This document shows positions 47,903 to 61,581 of a DNA stretch of 64,000 nt, piece by piece (the stretch's first letter is position 1; the number at the start of each line of letters is the position of its first letter). The notes under the pieces are model-generated. The model was not told the DNA's origin, did no database searches, and saw only the letters and a program-made list of their open reading frames with translations. Origin of the DNA: Lophium mytilinum (lineage: Eukaryota); the NCBI GenBank assembly GCA_010093605.1, contig MU004183.1, forward strand, positions 744,001 to 808,000, written 5' to 3'. Position numbers and translations under genes: made by a program.

Positions 47903-48585
47903 TGTGAAAAAGAGTGTGTGTAATGAGTGACTTGAACTATGCGCGCTCCATAGCAGTAAAGCAAACAAACAATGTGGATGTGGGAAGACTGGAGGTGGTG
48001 TTGACGGTGAAGGAGATAAAGTCTGCGCTATTCCCGTTCCGGCAGCTTAACGGAAAGATTACCGCACATTCACTGCTCCAATATCCAGGTCACATGTAGA
48101 GAAAAGAGAGAGCGCTCGAGAGGGCCTCGAGATCTATACGACCCCGCCTTACCATGATGTTATTATAGAGCGGCCGCGTGAGAAAGAAGCAATATAAACA
48201 ACTTTCCCCACAAGCGGGCACCTTGGCGTACCCTGCACCTCCGCCGAACCCTTACTCTAAGGCCTCCTAGTCGTACGTACTTCCTCCACGCACGTCGACT
48301 TTGCTCACATCCGCACCACGACAAGCTGCCCGCCGCCCTCGCCCATATCCTCGACCCGCATGCGCCCTCTGCTTAGATGATTGACTCTCTGACGGCGAAC
48401 CCTGCGACCGCCCCCGTCCTCGAGCACCCCCTCCTCCTCACCTCCGCCGTGACCAACTCTGTGTAAACAACAACTCAAACGCCCGCGAACGCCCCGGACC
48501 GGCTGTTGCAACTGCGCTGACTGCCTACTTCCCCGGCGGCGGCCGCCCGCCTTCCATCTTCAAGAGGCCAGGGGAGACCGGCAAG

Positions 48586-51500
48586 ATGGCGTCTGGAGCG
48601 GGTGCAGGAGGCTTGTTCAGCCGGAGCAGCTCGGGCAATGTCCCGACTATGCGCGGTATGCCACGATACAAGCAGAATCAACGGAAACGTGCCATCTAAC
48701 GGATATTCAAGGTCTGGTGTCATTCATTGCCGATTTGCGGAATGCACGAGCGCGAGAGCTGGAGGAGAAGAGGATTAATAAGGAATTGGCCAACATACGG
48801 TGCGTCTCTACCCTGGGCAACCTTACAGCGACTGGCTGACATATAGGACTGTAGGCAAAAATTCAGAGGTACTTCCATTAACCCACGCAGGACTAACTCC
48901 CGACTAACTCCGTAATGTAGACGGCAATTTGAACGGTTACTCCAAAAAGAAATACGTCTGCAAGGTAGACATCCTCCACTAGCGCCTGCGCCGCCCTTAC
49001 TGACCTCGTAGCTTTTGTACATTTATATTCTTGGGTGGAATGTCGATTTCGGACACCTCGAGGCGGTCAACCTCATTTCAGCAACAAAATATTCGGAAAA
49101 GCAGATTGGATACCTCGCGGTCACTTTGTTCCTACACGAGGAGCACGAGCTCTTGCACCTGGTCGTCAATAGCATAAGGAAGGATTTGCTGGATCATAAT
49201 GAGTTGAACAACTGCTTGGCATTGCACGCGATTGCCAACGTTGGTGGCAAGGAGATGGGAGAGGCCCTGAGTCAGGATGTTCATCGTTTACTCATTTCGC
49301 CGTGAGAACAATATGCGCTGCATATAAGAAAAATGCTAATTTGTTACAGGGCTTCCAAGGCGTTTGTGAAGAAGAAGGCGGCCTTGACGCTCCTGAGGCT
49401 GTACAGGAAGTTCCCAGGGATTGTGCAATTGGAATGGGCGGAACGAATAATATCTCTCATGGACGATCCGGACATGGGAGTCGCGCTCTCAGTAACATCT
49501 CTGGTCATGGCTCTTGTCCAGGAGAACCCCGAACAGTACAAAGGAAGCTACGTCAAGGCTGCCCGACGATTAAAGAAGATCGTTGTTGACAACGATTGCG
49601 CGGAAGGCTATTTCTATTACAAAGTGCCTTGCCCGTGGATCCAGGTCAAATTGTTGAAATTGCTCCAATACTACCCTCCTCCCGGTTCGTTGACCCCCTT
49701 TCCATGAGCAGATACTTGGACTGACATCGACAGAGGACACGCATATCCGAAATTTAATCAGGGAATCACTACAACGCATAATGGACTCGGCCATGGAGAT
49801 GCCGAAGAACGTGCAGCAGAACAACGCTCAGAACGCTGTTCTTTTCGAAGCCATCAATCTGGTTATCCATCTTGACACCGAACAGGATCTAATGGTTCAG
49901 ATCTCAACGAGACTTGGAAAGTTCATTTCGTCCCGCGAGACCAACGTTCGATACCTCGGATTAGAGGCCATGACCCATCTTGCAGCTCGATCAGAAACTC
50001 TAGACCCTATCAAGAAACACCAAAGCATCATCATCGGGTCTCTAAGGGACAGGGATATCAGTGTTCGAAGGCAAGGTCTCGATTTGCTGTACAGCATGTG
50101 CGACCCTACGAATTCTCAGGCCATAGTCTCGGAGCTACTGAAATACCTTCAAACAGCCGATTACGCGATACGAGAAGAGATGGTGCTGAAGATTGCAATT
50201 CTGACGGAGAAGTACGCCACTGACATACAGTGGTATGTGGACATATCTTTGAGATTGATTGCAATGGCCGGTGATCATGTCAGCGATGAGGTGTGGCAGA
50301 GAGTCATCCAGATTGTGACAAACAACGAAGAGCTACAAGTCTACGCAGCTCAAAACATTCTGCAATACATCAAGTCAGACTGCCACGAAACACTGGTCAA
50401 GATTGGCGGATATTTACTCGGAGAATTCGGCCATCTGATTGCAGACACCAAGGGCTGTAGTCCTATTGAGCAATTCATGGCGCTACATGGCAAAATGCGG
50501 AGCTGCTCTGGGAGCACAAGGGCAATTCTGCTATCGTCGTTCATCAAATATGTCAACTTGTTTCCGGAAATCAAGCCTCAACTACTACAGGCTTTCCGGG
50601 CATTCAGTCACTCCTTGGACTCGGAGCTACAGCAAAGAGCTTGTGAATACCTAGCATTAGCTTCCCTACCAACGGACGACCTGTTACGGACGGTCTGCGA
50701 CGAAATGCCTCCCTTCCCAGAACGAGCCTCGGCTCTGCTATCCCGTTTACACCAGAAGCACTCAACGACTAGCGACAAGCGGACTTGGGTAGTTGGAGGG
50801 CGAGACGCCAATGCGGATCCAAAGGAGTTCAATCTTGTTCAGAATACTGGATTGAAGCGAAGCTTTACGAACGCGGCGCCTCTCCGCAAGGATAGCAAAT
50901 CGACCGCACTAAATGGATCTAATGGGACAAATGGAACGACACTGTCCAGAACCACAAGTGATCTAGCAGGTCTCGATATGAATATCGACACCAACAAAGT
51001 TCTCAAAGCCCCTAATCTCGCCAGCGCCGCGCATCTCAGCCCTGACTGGGAGGTTGGTTACAACCGTCTACTTCTTCGTTCCGAAGGCGTGCTTTACGAA
51101 GACGCGCAGATTCAAATTGGCCTACGGACCGAATATCGCGGCGAGCTTGGCTGCGTGATCCTCTACTTCACGAACAAATCCTCTTTCCCTATGGGCTCCT
51201 TCACGACAACACTAGACAATCCATCAGCTGAAACTCTCAAGACGGACATCAAGGGCCTTCCAGACACAGTCATCCCACCTGAAGGCCAGACGCAGCAAAT
51301 GATCATGTTCGAATCCAAGAACGTCTTCACTGAGGCTCCTACCATCCGCATATCTTACCTCGCCGGCGCGCTGCAAGCCTTGACTCTCAAGCTCCCTGTC
51401 GTATTGCATAAGTATATGGACGCGGCTGAACTATCTGGCGACGACTTCTTCAAGCGCTGGAAGCAGATCGGTGGTGCACCGCGCGAGGCACAGGGCGTCT

Positions 51501-51841
51501 TCGGTCTAGCTGTCAAAGGGCGTACGACCAGCATGGAGTGGACGCGGAAAGTGGTTGCGGGTTTCAAGTGGGGAATCCTAGATGGCGTGGACCCGAACAG
51601 CAGGAATATTGTCGGTGCCACGGTACTGCATACAAAGGAGGGCAAATTTGGATGCTTGCTTCGCTTGGAACCAAACTTCGAAACTATGGTACGTTTTTTG
51701 TTTAAATCGACACTATACCTCCCAAACACTTTCTAATCGTCTCAGATGTACCGCATCACCGTTCGGGCTACGGACGAGTCAGTCCCGCCTATACTCATGA
51801 AGATTATGGAGGAGCGGCTCGCGCAAGGCATGGAAGGCTAG
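48586..51841 (+). CDS. APL3: AP-2 adaptor complex subunit alpha
   Basis: MRG|LVSFIADLRNARARELEEKRINKELANIR|QKFR|DGNLNGYSKKKYVCK|LLYIYILG, KYSEKQIGYLA, QQNNAQNAVLFEAI, LDSELQQRACEY, GCLLRLEPN; multiple introns; stop at 51839-51841. Confidence 0.97.
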
Positions 51842-52250
51842 ATATGAGGGAAGTAACACGCTGAGGCATGCGCACTGGCGGGCAGTTTATTTGCTGTATG
51901 TAATAGGGCTCAGTGCAAGGGGATGGCACTCTTCTTGTTTTTGGTGGTGGACTTTTTTCTCGATCCGAAGTTTGTTGCATTTTCTGGACATGGGCAGGGC
52001 GACATTGCGGAGAAATGTTCATTTGATCGACGAAGAGCGTGAAAGCATATACTGAGAGTGGGCGAAGTGTTCAAAGTGCGTATATCAAATGTGAATACTC
52101 TTGGGATGATCCAATTCATGTCTTTCCTAAAATCCATTCGCGCTTTTAGATACTCATTTTGCCTCAAAGGTTAGACACTAATCTCAGGCTCTATATCATG
52201 TCTCATGCCCATGCTATCTATCGTACACCGCCCGTCTACATCCCCACCCC

Positions 52251-53167
52251 TCAAACAACCGCCTCCCCCTTCGGCGGCCTCGTCCCAAAAATCTCACTCC
52301 CGACCCTCACCTCATCACTCCCACCCCTAATCGCCCCCTCAAAATCTGCACTCATCCCCATGCTCAGCTCCAACTCCCCCTCCTCCAACCCCAGCTCCTT
52401 AGCAACTTTATCCCTCACCTCCACCAGCGCCACAAAATCCTCATTCTCATTCTCCGCCGTCGTCGCCTGCGACCGCGCTATCGCCCCTACCGTCATCAGC
52501 CCCGTAAGGCGGAGGTGCGGACACTGCGCACGTATATGGCGGCACAGCGCTAGCGCCTCAGCAGGCTCAACCCCAGACTTCGACTCCTCGCCCGAAGTGT
52601 TGATCTGCACCATAACCCTGAGGGGGCCGGGGGGCTCCGCTTCCTCGCTATCTTTGTCGTCGTCTTTGGGTTGTTTGTTTTCTAGCAGCTCCCGCCGGCC
52701 CTTTTCTAATCCGTCCGCTTTTTTGATAGAGTCGACGCTGCTCACGCACCAGAGGTTTGGGATGGCGGCGAGCTGCTTGCATTTGTTGCTTTGCAGCGCG
52801 CCGATGAAGTGCCACCGGATGCTGCGCGGGAGGAGGGTGGCTTTGGTGTGGAGCTCTTGGGTGTAGTTTTCGCCGAAGTGGAGGTGGGTGGTGGGTGGTT
52901 GGTGGAGGGCGAGGATATCGGTGGCGGGTTTGAGTTTGGAGACGGCGATGAGGCGGATCTGGGGGTACGCGATGTGAATGGGAGGTTATAAGGATTAAGA
53001 TTGAGAGTGGGCTTGACACTGGAAGTGGGCGAAAAATTATGTGTACGTACGGGCCTGTTAGCAGTGTTTGCGCGCTGGATCCGCGAGGTGATGGTGGTGA
53101 TGTTGTCGACCAGCTGCCGTGCGCGCTGGGGATCGAGCTTCATGTCTGGTTCGGTGGGTGCGGCCAT
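52251..53167 (-). CDS. PLP homeostasis protein (YggS/PROSC/PLPBP family)
   Basis: IRLIAVSKLKP, HFGENYTQEL, RWHFIGALQSNK, QINTSGEESKSG, LSMGMSADF, VRVGSEIFG; one intron near 52960-53047. Confidence 0.95.
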
Positions 53168-53966
53168 TGCATCTTTGGGAGGGGTACTGGGGGAAGTGGT
53201 GAAAGTGACGATACGGGCATGGTGTTGAGGCGCATCGGAGTCGGGCCGGCCCATGCAGTGGCACGGGTGGCTGTAGGGCTGGCTGATCAGACTGGGTTCA
53301 AGGGTCTGAGCGGAGTGGGCCTTGGAGGATCTTCAAGCCTCACGAGAGCCTTAGGAACCGGTAGATATGTCTTGCTTGGAAGAAGAATCAATAAGTCTCG
53401 AAATATCTCGATCTACGTTCCTTTTCGTGGCTATGATGGTTACGTACACACTGAACCATATACGAGGCAGATTTCAGGAAGACTTACCTAGCGTCAGCAA
53501 AGCATGGCCCAAGAACTCCGGAGCGTAGTCCAAATTAGTCAAAGATAGTTAGGCAAGCCACTTGCAACTGCCGTCAAACTCATCAAGCTTTCTGCCGCGC
53601 GTGCTGCCGTACACGCACGAACTTTTATGAGCTAACTACATCAGAATAGAGCTTGTTTTGATATCTGCCTGATTGTATCCCGAGATCGTATCACCAAGGC
53701 TTTATCAGAGACTAGAGCTATTCGGTCACTGTAGAGCTACTCAAAACAGTGCTAAGAGTCATGACTTTCCATTATTACTAAGTCCGTAGATACATGTTTC
53801 CCTTGAAGCAGCAATCATGGTGTGACTCCATTGGCGCCGGCGCCGATAAGATCGTTCCCCGTTGATCTATACCGAACTGTAATCCGAAACCCGAGTCCAC
53901 TGCCCTGGCTCCATCGTCTTACAGTCCCATATGAGCCGACATACACGGTCGATGACGACTCCAGTC

Positions 53967-55522
53967 TCAGCCACACAACGTCAATCCAGCAATAACACAC
54001 CAGTTCCAATTCCACCGAGTCGCACTGACTAGGTCGTCCACATTCAGCATACCAACACCATCCTCCGTGAGCGTAGTCCAAACTTTGTCCCTCAGCGATA
54101 TCGGCCATGATGGCGTGCTCCAATATCTCGACACAAGCCCTTTGTCGGCCGCTGCCTTGATCTGCGTCTTGAGCTTGTCCTCCTGGCCGCTAGAGATCTT
54201 CTTGATGGGTCCAACACGGCCTATGGCCGGCTTCAATGCAGTACTAGCATAATATGAATTCTCAGTCGTGTACTTTTCGTTTGCCACATCAAGGAGTGGA
54301 GCATCGAAGAAAACGTAGCGTTCAGTCGAGTTCGCAATCACATCTTCAAAGGGTGTGTTGCCAGTGCCGACGACTGTCAAAGGGCCCCTGTGAACCTCCT
54401 TGCCATCGAAGTATGTAAGCCAGCCGGAGTTGAACATGGGTTCAAGTTGTGCGAGCACCACAGGCCAAAGGTCGTGACCGTTAGTTTTGAAGTCGATGAG
54501 CAGGACCAAGGAAGCGTTTGCGTCCTTTTCGAAGACGCCGGTCTCGAGGGAGGGATCTGAGGCCTTGGATACCTCTCTGTGGGTTAAAATGTTGGTTAAT
54601 GGATCGAGGTAGAGCGACCTGAGTGTTCGTTGGTTTTTGAGCGCCTTCTTTGCATGGCCGACAAGGAGTTCGTTATCTTTCTGGAGCCAGACGTCGGCTT
54701 CGAAGCTAACACAGCCAGCCGCTAGAGCATCGTAGAGTGGGACAGCTCTCCAGTAATCATTGTGTGAGTGACAGTTCGCCGGAGTAATGTCGCGACTGAA
54801 GTCTTCTGGCCACGGGAATGTGTATGGACCGCTGGAGTTGGGTTCTCTCCAGCCCTCGGTGATGCGTTGTAGTCCGCTTCGCATTGTAGGTGGAGAGAGC
54901 CGTTTGATTAATGCAGCGACAAGTGCGACGTATGTGCTAGCAGTTGTCAGTACAAAGGACACGTAAAAGGGTACCCCTGCTAGGAACACCAAAATCGACC
55001 CCTTTCCACGCACGCCTAGCGATACCACGACGGTGGACAAAAAATCTAAACTGCGAGATGTTCTTGCAGATCCCAGGTATTTAGAAATTTCATTGTCGTG
55101 GTGGTATTGCTGCGCAGCAAAAGTCGTGGACTTTGGTGGCCATTTGATTATGCACCGAGCAGCACCCTTTGTATCAAGAGGTACCTTGTTTTGAAAAAGT
55201 GTTCTCTTTCTGTTGAACTGTACAGGAGCGAAAAGGTAGAAAACGCTCACATTCCTGCTATCACGCCTAAGAAAGTGAGAATTCCGCCTACGATGAGGAC
55301 ACGCTTCCACATCACCCTCCTCCGTGCTCGTTTGTTATGATCGATTGGGCTAGGTGACCGTGACCTCCTCCATCCATTTCCCTTCAGTAAAGATCTAAGA
55401 GTGTTTCGCCTCTTATGCCTATATGGGGGTGGAGTCGAGTCGTTGGTGCTATCACTAATGTTGCTTTCGACGTCGGAGAAGTCGAGATTGTTGTGAGAGA
55501 TTGGAGGTGTTAAGGAAGCCAT
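53967..55522 (-). CDS. Aim6-like PLC-like phosphodiesterase-fold protein
   Basis: N-terminal hydrophobic segment; CHSHNDYWRAVPLYDALAAGCVSFEADVW, LLVGH, TLRSLYLDPL, LLIDFK, LNVDDL. Exon structure at 54.9-55.25 kb is uncertain. Confidence 0.85.
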
Positions 55523-58500
55523 AACTGTATGATGCAGAAAGGGATCAGCTTCAAGTTTTTGTACGGAAGTGCATGATATTGAGTAGAAGACTCAGAGGCC
55601 AGACAGTGACTCGAGCCGCGTGTAATGCTAACGTACCAATAGAATTTTCAGTGGATGTAGCACTGGGGGAAAGATACGGAAAAGTCGAGATAACTTGCTG
55701 AATGGGTCCACATAGAATGTGAATAGACACAGTTCTTCTTAAGTATCAGGCACAATTGGGGTAGGTGCCCCAATACCTGCGCCTCCAATTCACCGTTTCA
55801 TCGCGGCGCGGCACATACGACATGGAGTACGTCCAGGCAGACGAGCACCCAAACTCAGCCTCCCCACACTGAACTGAGTGCTATGCTCTACCGCAAAGGC
55901 ATGCCAAAACGGGAAAGGAGCGCTACAAATTAGCAAAGAAAGGACACGTTCCCCTGCACCTCGAGATCATCCAGGAGTGAGTGATGATTGGGGCAGTGTG
56001 CAAGATGGCACAGAATGACTGTGCCGCCTCTCCGGAGTAGAGAGTACGCATTGAGAATGCCGTAGCTCTAGGCTCTCTCGTCAAATCCCAGTCGGATTTT
56101 CAACATGATCTTAGGCGCCATGGCGTGGCTCCTGTTCAAAAAAAGTGCTGAGTGGCTGGTTTCTGAATTCTTCAATGGGGTCCTAGGGCTCATTGCAGAG
56201 TTCTCCCATCCTACACATTGTTCAAGGCAGATTTCAACACCCAGCGAGCATTAGATTGAGTTCATTCCGCGCGTGATCGAAGAGTGGGTGCTTTCGGCGG
56301 AGAAACTCGCCAAGAATTGAACGGAAAGGGACTAAAGCTGGCTCGTACTTTTCGATCCCCACGAGGCTAGACTTGCGGATAGCTAGATCCTCTAAGGCAG
56401 TCTCGGGTCGCTGATTGCGTGAACGGTAGCCCACGCCATGAGGCAGATAGATGTCCAAGTGGCAATAGGCGAATGTTTCGCATGCTCCACTGTATTTCAT
56501 GGAATAAGAGCACTGCAGGCAGAGAACTACTTCTTAATCCAAGAGAGTTCCCATCAACAGTCTCCTCAAAGATGCAGTTTGGCGACAAAGCTCAAATCGT
56601 TGCGCGCTCAATGGCGGTCGAAAACAGTACATCAAGGGCGAGCATTCATCAAGCCCTACGACGGACACATCCGGTCGACAGGGACGATCGGCGGGTGCAG
56701 GCTGTGGTGTCTGAAGCGTCGGGGCGAAGATGGCGGGTGTTTGATGTTCTGTGCCGTAGAGGGGAGGAAGTGAAAATAGCAGCTGCGCTTGGCCCGATCG
56801 AGACAAGCCTCACAGCCGCTCTGCCAGGATGCGGCGAGGGCATCAAGGGCATCACCATCATCGTCCGATGCTATTGGGGGGCGTGTCAAGCTCAGCCTTG
56901 ACGGGCGCTTCGACCTCGCTGTGCCATGGTGGAATAGCAAACAGGTACTCCTCGGGGCCAGCGTATGGTACTTTGTATCCCTGCGAGCTGTGGTTTGTGT
57001 CACTATGCTGCCAGAACGCCGGGAGGCCACTGTGGCAGCATCTCTTTTCTCCTTACAGTCATCACGACTAGCAAGAGTTTAGGCATCGATGTCATGGCAT
57101 CGTTCTAATTGGATCTCAGGCTTTGTCAATATGCATAGTTCGCTGTCTTTGTGTGCCCTCGTCACTCTGTTATGCATGCTCTAATCAACCTGCTGGGCAC
57201 CGGCCATCCTCGAACTGTGGATCCCTTTTCTCGAGCAGAGCTTGTTATCCTGCCAAGGAGCCTTGTTTCGTATCCAAGTTTGGCGTATCTGGCTAGAATA
57301 GTTCTGCAACATTTCTTTTTCTGACTCGGCTGTCAAAATACGCCTTGTGCTTCCCCATGTGGCTGCTCAGATCACAGCCTATCGGGTAGGAACATTACAA
57401 TAAGCGATTCAGTTTCTTCTCGAGTATACAAATTGAACTTCGGCATTATTGTCGAGCACTACTGCTAAGGAGTAACAGTTCAGACGTGCGTTATGTGCAA
57501 GCTATTGCATTCGCGTCTAGCAAATCTGCCTCGCGCCCGACAACTCGGGCCAAAAGGACTCGGTTTGGAAGTATGGCCGCGTCACTATAGAGACCATACC
57601 ATAGAACCCAATTCATGACTGCAAATGTCTCATTACAGTCCGCTGACGAAGCAACTTGGTGCATCCAGTTCTTGTCGCCTAATGACACGGAGTATGATGC
57701 TAGCAAATTGGGCATATACGAACACTAACAACCAAACAGCTCAATATGGCTGCCTAGAAGCTCAAGAGATGACAGATTTGTAATTTTGGATGATGGGTTG
57801 CTGCGAATCATCTCACTGCTGGTCCACTCGGAAATCCGTTACTGTAAACAATGAATAAGGCGAGCAAGTATCTAGCCGTCGAAAGCAAACGATCACCACG
57901 CTAAGACACCTCCTCCCAGAAGCTGCCTTGTCTGCCTTCTTGGTCTTTAACCCTCGACATGGCGGCTGTGCCCGTTAGGAAGGAACGGCAATGGATCCAT
58001 GTTATCTTGCATACTGGCCCGATCAACAGTGGCATGCTTCACTTGAATACTCCGGGGCGTATCCTACGTTTATGGAGGCAGCAGGTTCTATGGATATACA
58101 ACGCTCTCGGAAGTCCCCTGTCTGCTTGTCTGTAGATCCTGTAGACGTTTCATCCGGTTGCTCTCCAGCTCCTACCACGTTTTGCCGAGAATGACACTCT
58201 TCCACATAATTTCGTACAGATCAACCTACAATTTGTCACAACATTGTCGCATATAGGCATAACGTGCTTCTAGCTTTACCGTCTTTCCGAATTCTACACC
58301 CCAGGTCTCGTGGAAACCAGAGGCTTTTCTACGTAGCGGCACCCCTTTTCGATTCACCAAACCGAGACTGGGTTCATTGTCTCTCAACCATGCACCCTTC
58401 AATGGCAATCTTACAGCATGCAGCCTGCTCATGTCAGTACCACACAAATATCAACCATGTTAGTCCATATACGTTACAAACCTTGATACTCTCATTAAAC

Positions 58501-58829
58501 GGGGAAGGCCTTCGCTGTACCACCGGATCATCTTCAGGAGGTGCCAGAGACAACAAGAGCCAGCTTTGTATCACTGCATGATAATTCAACGCTAACGTAC
58601 CTCAGAAGGCGATGCAGCCCCCTCGATAGATTTTCTCGACACACTCTCTTCATCCCAACTTCGCAACCAGCCCTTCGCTCTAGCCTAGCTCTCGAAAATA
58701 CACCACAGCAACGAACTCCTAAACTACAATATTCAGCTCCGACTTAGGCGGCGCAAGTCCCAGAGCCACCGTTCAGCCGCTCTCGGAGCGAGGGCGTCCC
58801 GACCGGGCTTGAGGAAATAAAATCTTCAT

Positions 58830-59340
58830 TTACACGCTTAGATCTGTGACTCTTTGTAACTGGAGCTCCAAGAACTTGGCCTGAAGCACATTACTCGGGT
58901 TTTCTTATCCTCCTAACACGGAGCCGATTTAAGCGCTGTCGCTTCTGCCATCGAAGATGAGTATAATAGGGCTCACGCTGCGCGCCCCTATGCTTGCCCT
59001 TAGCGTCTCTTTAAAAATCACTTACGCAGTCAGATCTGTGACTCTTTGTAACTGAGGCTCTTAGATCTTGGGTGGACGTGCTTCACAAACTGTTTAGTAG
59101 CCTCTTAACGGTGAGCCGATTTAAACTCTCTTACTCTGGTTACTAAAAGTAACTCCGCTAGGTACCCTTCCGCGTCCCTTCCGCGTCTCGTAACATTTTC
59201 TTCCCATGGTTAGATATGTGACTCGTTGTGACTGAGGCCCTAAGATCTTAGCTAGACGTGCTTCGCAAGCTTCTTGTTATCCTCTTGACGGTGAGCTGAT
59301 TTAGACCCTCTTACTCTAGTTACAATAAGTAACTAGACTA
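58830..59340. repeat. Three ~180-190 bp tandem units
   Basis: AGATMTGTGACTCKTTGTRACTG...GAGCYGATTTA starts near 58841, 59032 and 59212. Confidence 0.9.
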
Positions 59341-59494
59341 CACCTCCCAGTCGCGTCGATATTGACAGATGCCCCATTTTCGCCAGTCGCCTTGAAAATC
59401 ACCTCCGTAGGGTTTGTAGCAACACGCGTCGCAGCCAATTTCTTCGCCGGCGCTAGCCTGCGAGGACTGATAAACCCTGATAATAGTCTCACAT

Positions 59495-59745
59495 AAAGAA
59501 GCATAAGAAGTGTAAGAAATGTGAGAAGTGTAAGAAATGTGAGAAGTGTAAGAAATGTGAGAAGTGTAAGAAATGTGAAAAGTGTAAGAAATATGAGAAG
59601 TGTAAGAAGTGTAAGTAGTAGGAGTATTGGGAGTAATGGGAGTAATGGGAGTTATAGGAGTAATGGGAGTAATAGGAGCAATGGGAGTAACGGGAGTAAT
59701 AGGAGCAATGGGAGTAACGGGAGTAATGGGAGTAATGGGAGTCAT
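59495..59745. repeat. Compound minisatellite: 18-mer GAGAAGTGTAAGAAATGT followed by 9-mer GGAGTAATG
   Basis: Directly visible; the minus strand reads (TPI)n then (SYTSHI)n. Confidence 0.95.
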
Positions 59746-60822
59746 CTTCGCCGCCGACCCACTCATCAGCAACTAAACACTCTGAGAAACAATCAGGAAA
59801 CCTACGGTATACACTCGTACCCAACCCATTTACATGCCGCGCACAGATAGTCTGCGCCGCCGCCGCCTAGCCCATCCCCGCTTCCATCCCCCTCTGATCT
59901 CTCGTAATTAAGCTGCTTTGGAGCAGCTACGTCGTTGAGACGCTGAACCTGCTTACAGTATTCCGGCCTAACGGTTTCAATGCTCTCCGATTGCTCACAG
60001 CTGGGGAAAGAGAAGGGGACAGGATCACTAGGGACAACTTGGGTAACGGCTTGCCCGATGGCTTCGACCACGCCGATCCCTTTGTGGCCGTTGGCACGTG
60101 GGAGGCGATGAAAGAGGCATTGAGGGAAGAGAAGGCGAGGTCGGTGTCGTAATACCCATGGCGATAGCGCAGCTGAGGGCGTTAGAGGGTGGCCCTAATT
60201 GGGACTGCATGGAATGGGGCGTGGGCTATAATTACTGTAGCTGTGGCTATGGTTGTCGTGATAAAAGGTTGAAGAGAGGCTTCAGATAAGAAGTGTAGAT
60301 AAGTGATAAAGACGACCTGTGATTTCTTTTGACTAAGTCACGGATTCTTAGAGTGGAAGCACCTCGACAGCGTTTTAAGCCTTTGTCGATGATCTGATTT
60401 AGGACTCGTTGCTTCCAGCTTGGAAGTAGGGCACGCTGCGTCTTAGAAAAAACGCGCTCATGCGGTTGATTTCGTTGAAACTTGTATTTCAACCGGACTT
60501 GGGAATTCAGTAAGCAAAGGTGCTCCAATAGCTTCGTTTGAACCTCTTAACGAGGTTCCGATCTGGGCTCCGTTGCTTCCAGCTTCATAAAGAGCTTGAA
60601 TAGAGGCCACGCGGCGTTGCCTAAGGTCTTGTTCACAAGTTAGTGTACCATGAACGGCATCAAGAAAAGCACAAGGAATCTTCCATCCGTGTGCCATCTA
60701 ACAGCCTCGACAGCCAGTCTACCAATCACTCAAAGCCACAGGATGCAGAATTCTCTCAAAAAATTCATAAAGTCGTTCTTCTAGAGTTCATGTGTTCAGG
60801 ACGTCGTAAAAAGGCACACGCC

Positions 60823-61581
60823 CTATCCTGTCGGGGCTTCTAGCGCCCTAGCCTCCTGATCCTCCCGATCCCTCCCTCGCGTCTCACATTCCCCACATTT
60901 CCGCGTCTCGTCTCCCCCACCCCCCCTCGAGAATGAAACCTTCTCGTCGCGCGGCCACGCATTCCCGCGCTCCCCATCTCCCTCTCGCAGCATAACCCTC
61001 GCCCCCCTCCACCCAAGCATCGCCGCAGCTTCAGCGAGCCCGCACGCCGCGTACGCCAGCGCGATCAGCAGGCCGCCAGCCCACCACGCGAAGCTCACGA
61101 TGAAGGCGGAGGAGCCCACAGTCGGGGCTGGCGTAGCGCGGCACCATTCGCTGTGGCACGCGGTCCAGTCGATCCACGTGACGAGCCAGCCGAGGGCCAT
61201 GGTCGTCGACACGAAGAGGGCGTAGGGGCGCGAGTGCTCGGTGCGCTGCGTGGTAGCGTATTCGAGGGAGGAGAGGACGAGGGTTGCGGCGGGGGCGACG
61301 GAGGTGTGGGTGAGGATGTCGCTGGCAAAGGGTTAGTACAGTGTAGGGAGAGGAGAGACGTGGTTGGGAGGGACGTACAAGCCTGAAGCTGTGAGGTCGC
61401 TGCTTGATAGGCCGGGTAGGAAAGGTGTGTTGTTGAGGTAGGACGCGTGCGAGACAGAGAGGGTGAGATGCAGCGCTGAGGCTATGGTGATGGCGCGGAG
61501 GAATAGAGAGAAGAGGGAGGGTCGCGGGGAGGATGCCCCGCTTGCTGAGGATGGCGAAGTGAAGCTGGCAAGTCCCATCAT
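60823..61581 (-). CDS. Small multi-pass membrane protein of unknown function
   Basis: ORFs 61581-61333 and 61212-60823 join through an intron at about 61378-61322 (GTACGT..CTAAC..CCAG); about four hydrophobic segments; strong codon bias. Confidence 0.65.

Larger units (their letters stand above)
58820..60620 (-). pseudogene. Decayed gene for a repeat protein with RIP-type stops: five ~55-65 aa units plus low-complexity tracts
   Basis: Homologous units near 58830, 59020, 59210, 60320 and 60480 translate on the minus strand with TAA/TAG where sister copies have CAA. Boundaries are approximate. Confidence 0.6.

Noticed and set aside
52251..53167. Functional link between PLPBP and PLP-dependent serine palmitoyltransferase
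   Set aside because: The genes are about 20 kb apart with unrelated genes between them; probably coincidence.
55600..58750. 3-kb stretch of short ORFs that might be gene or transposon debris
   Set aside because: I found no consistent frame, splice pattern, terminal repeats or known motifs.
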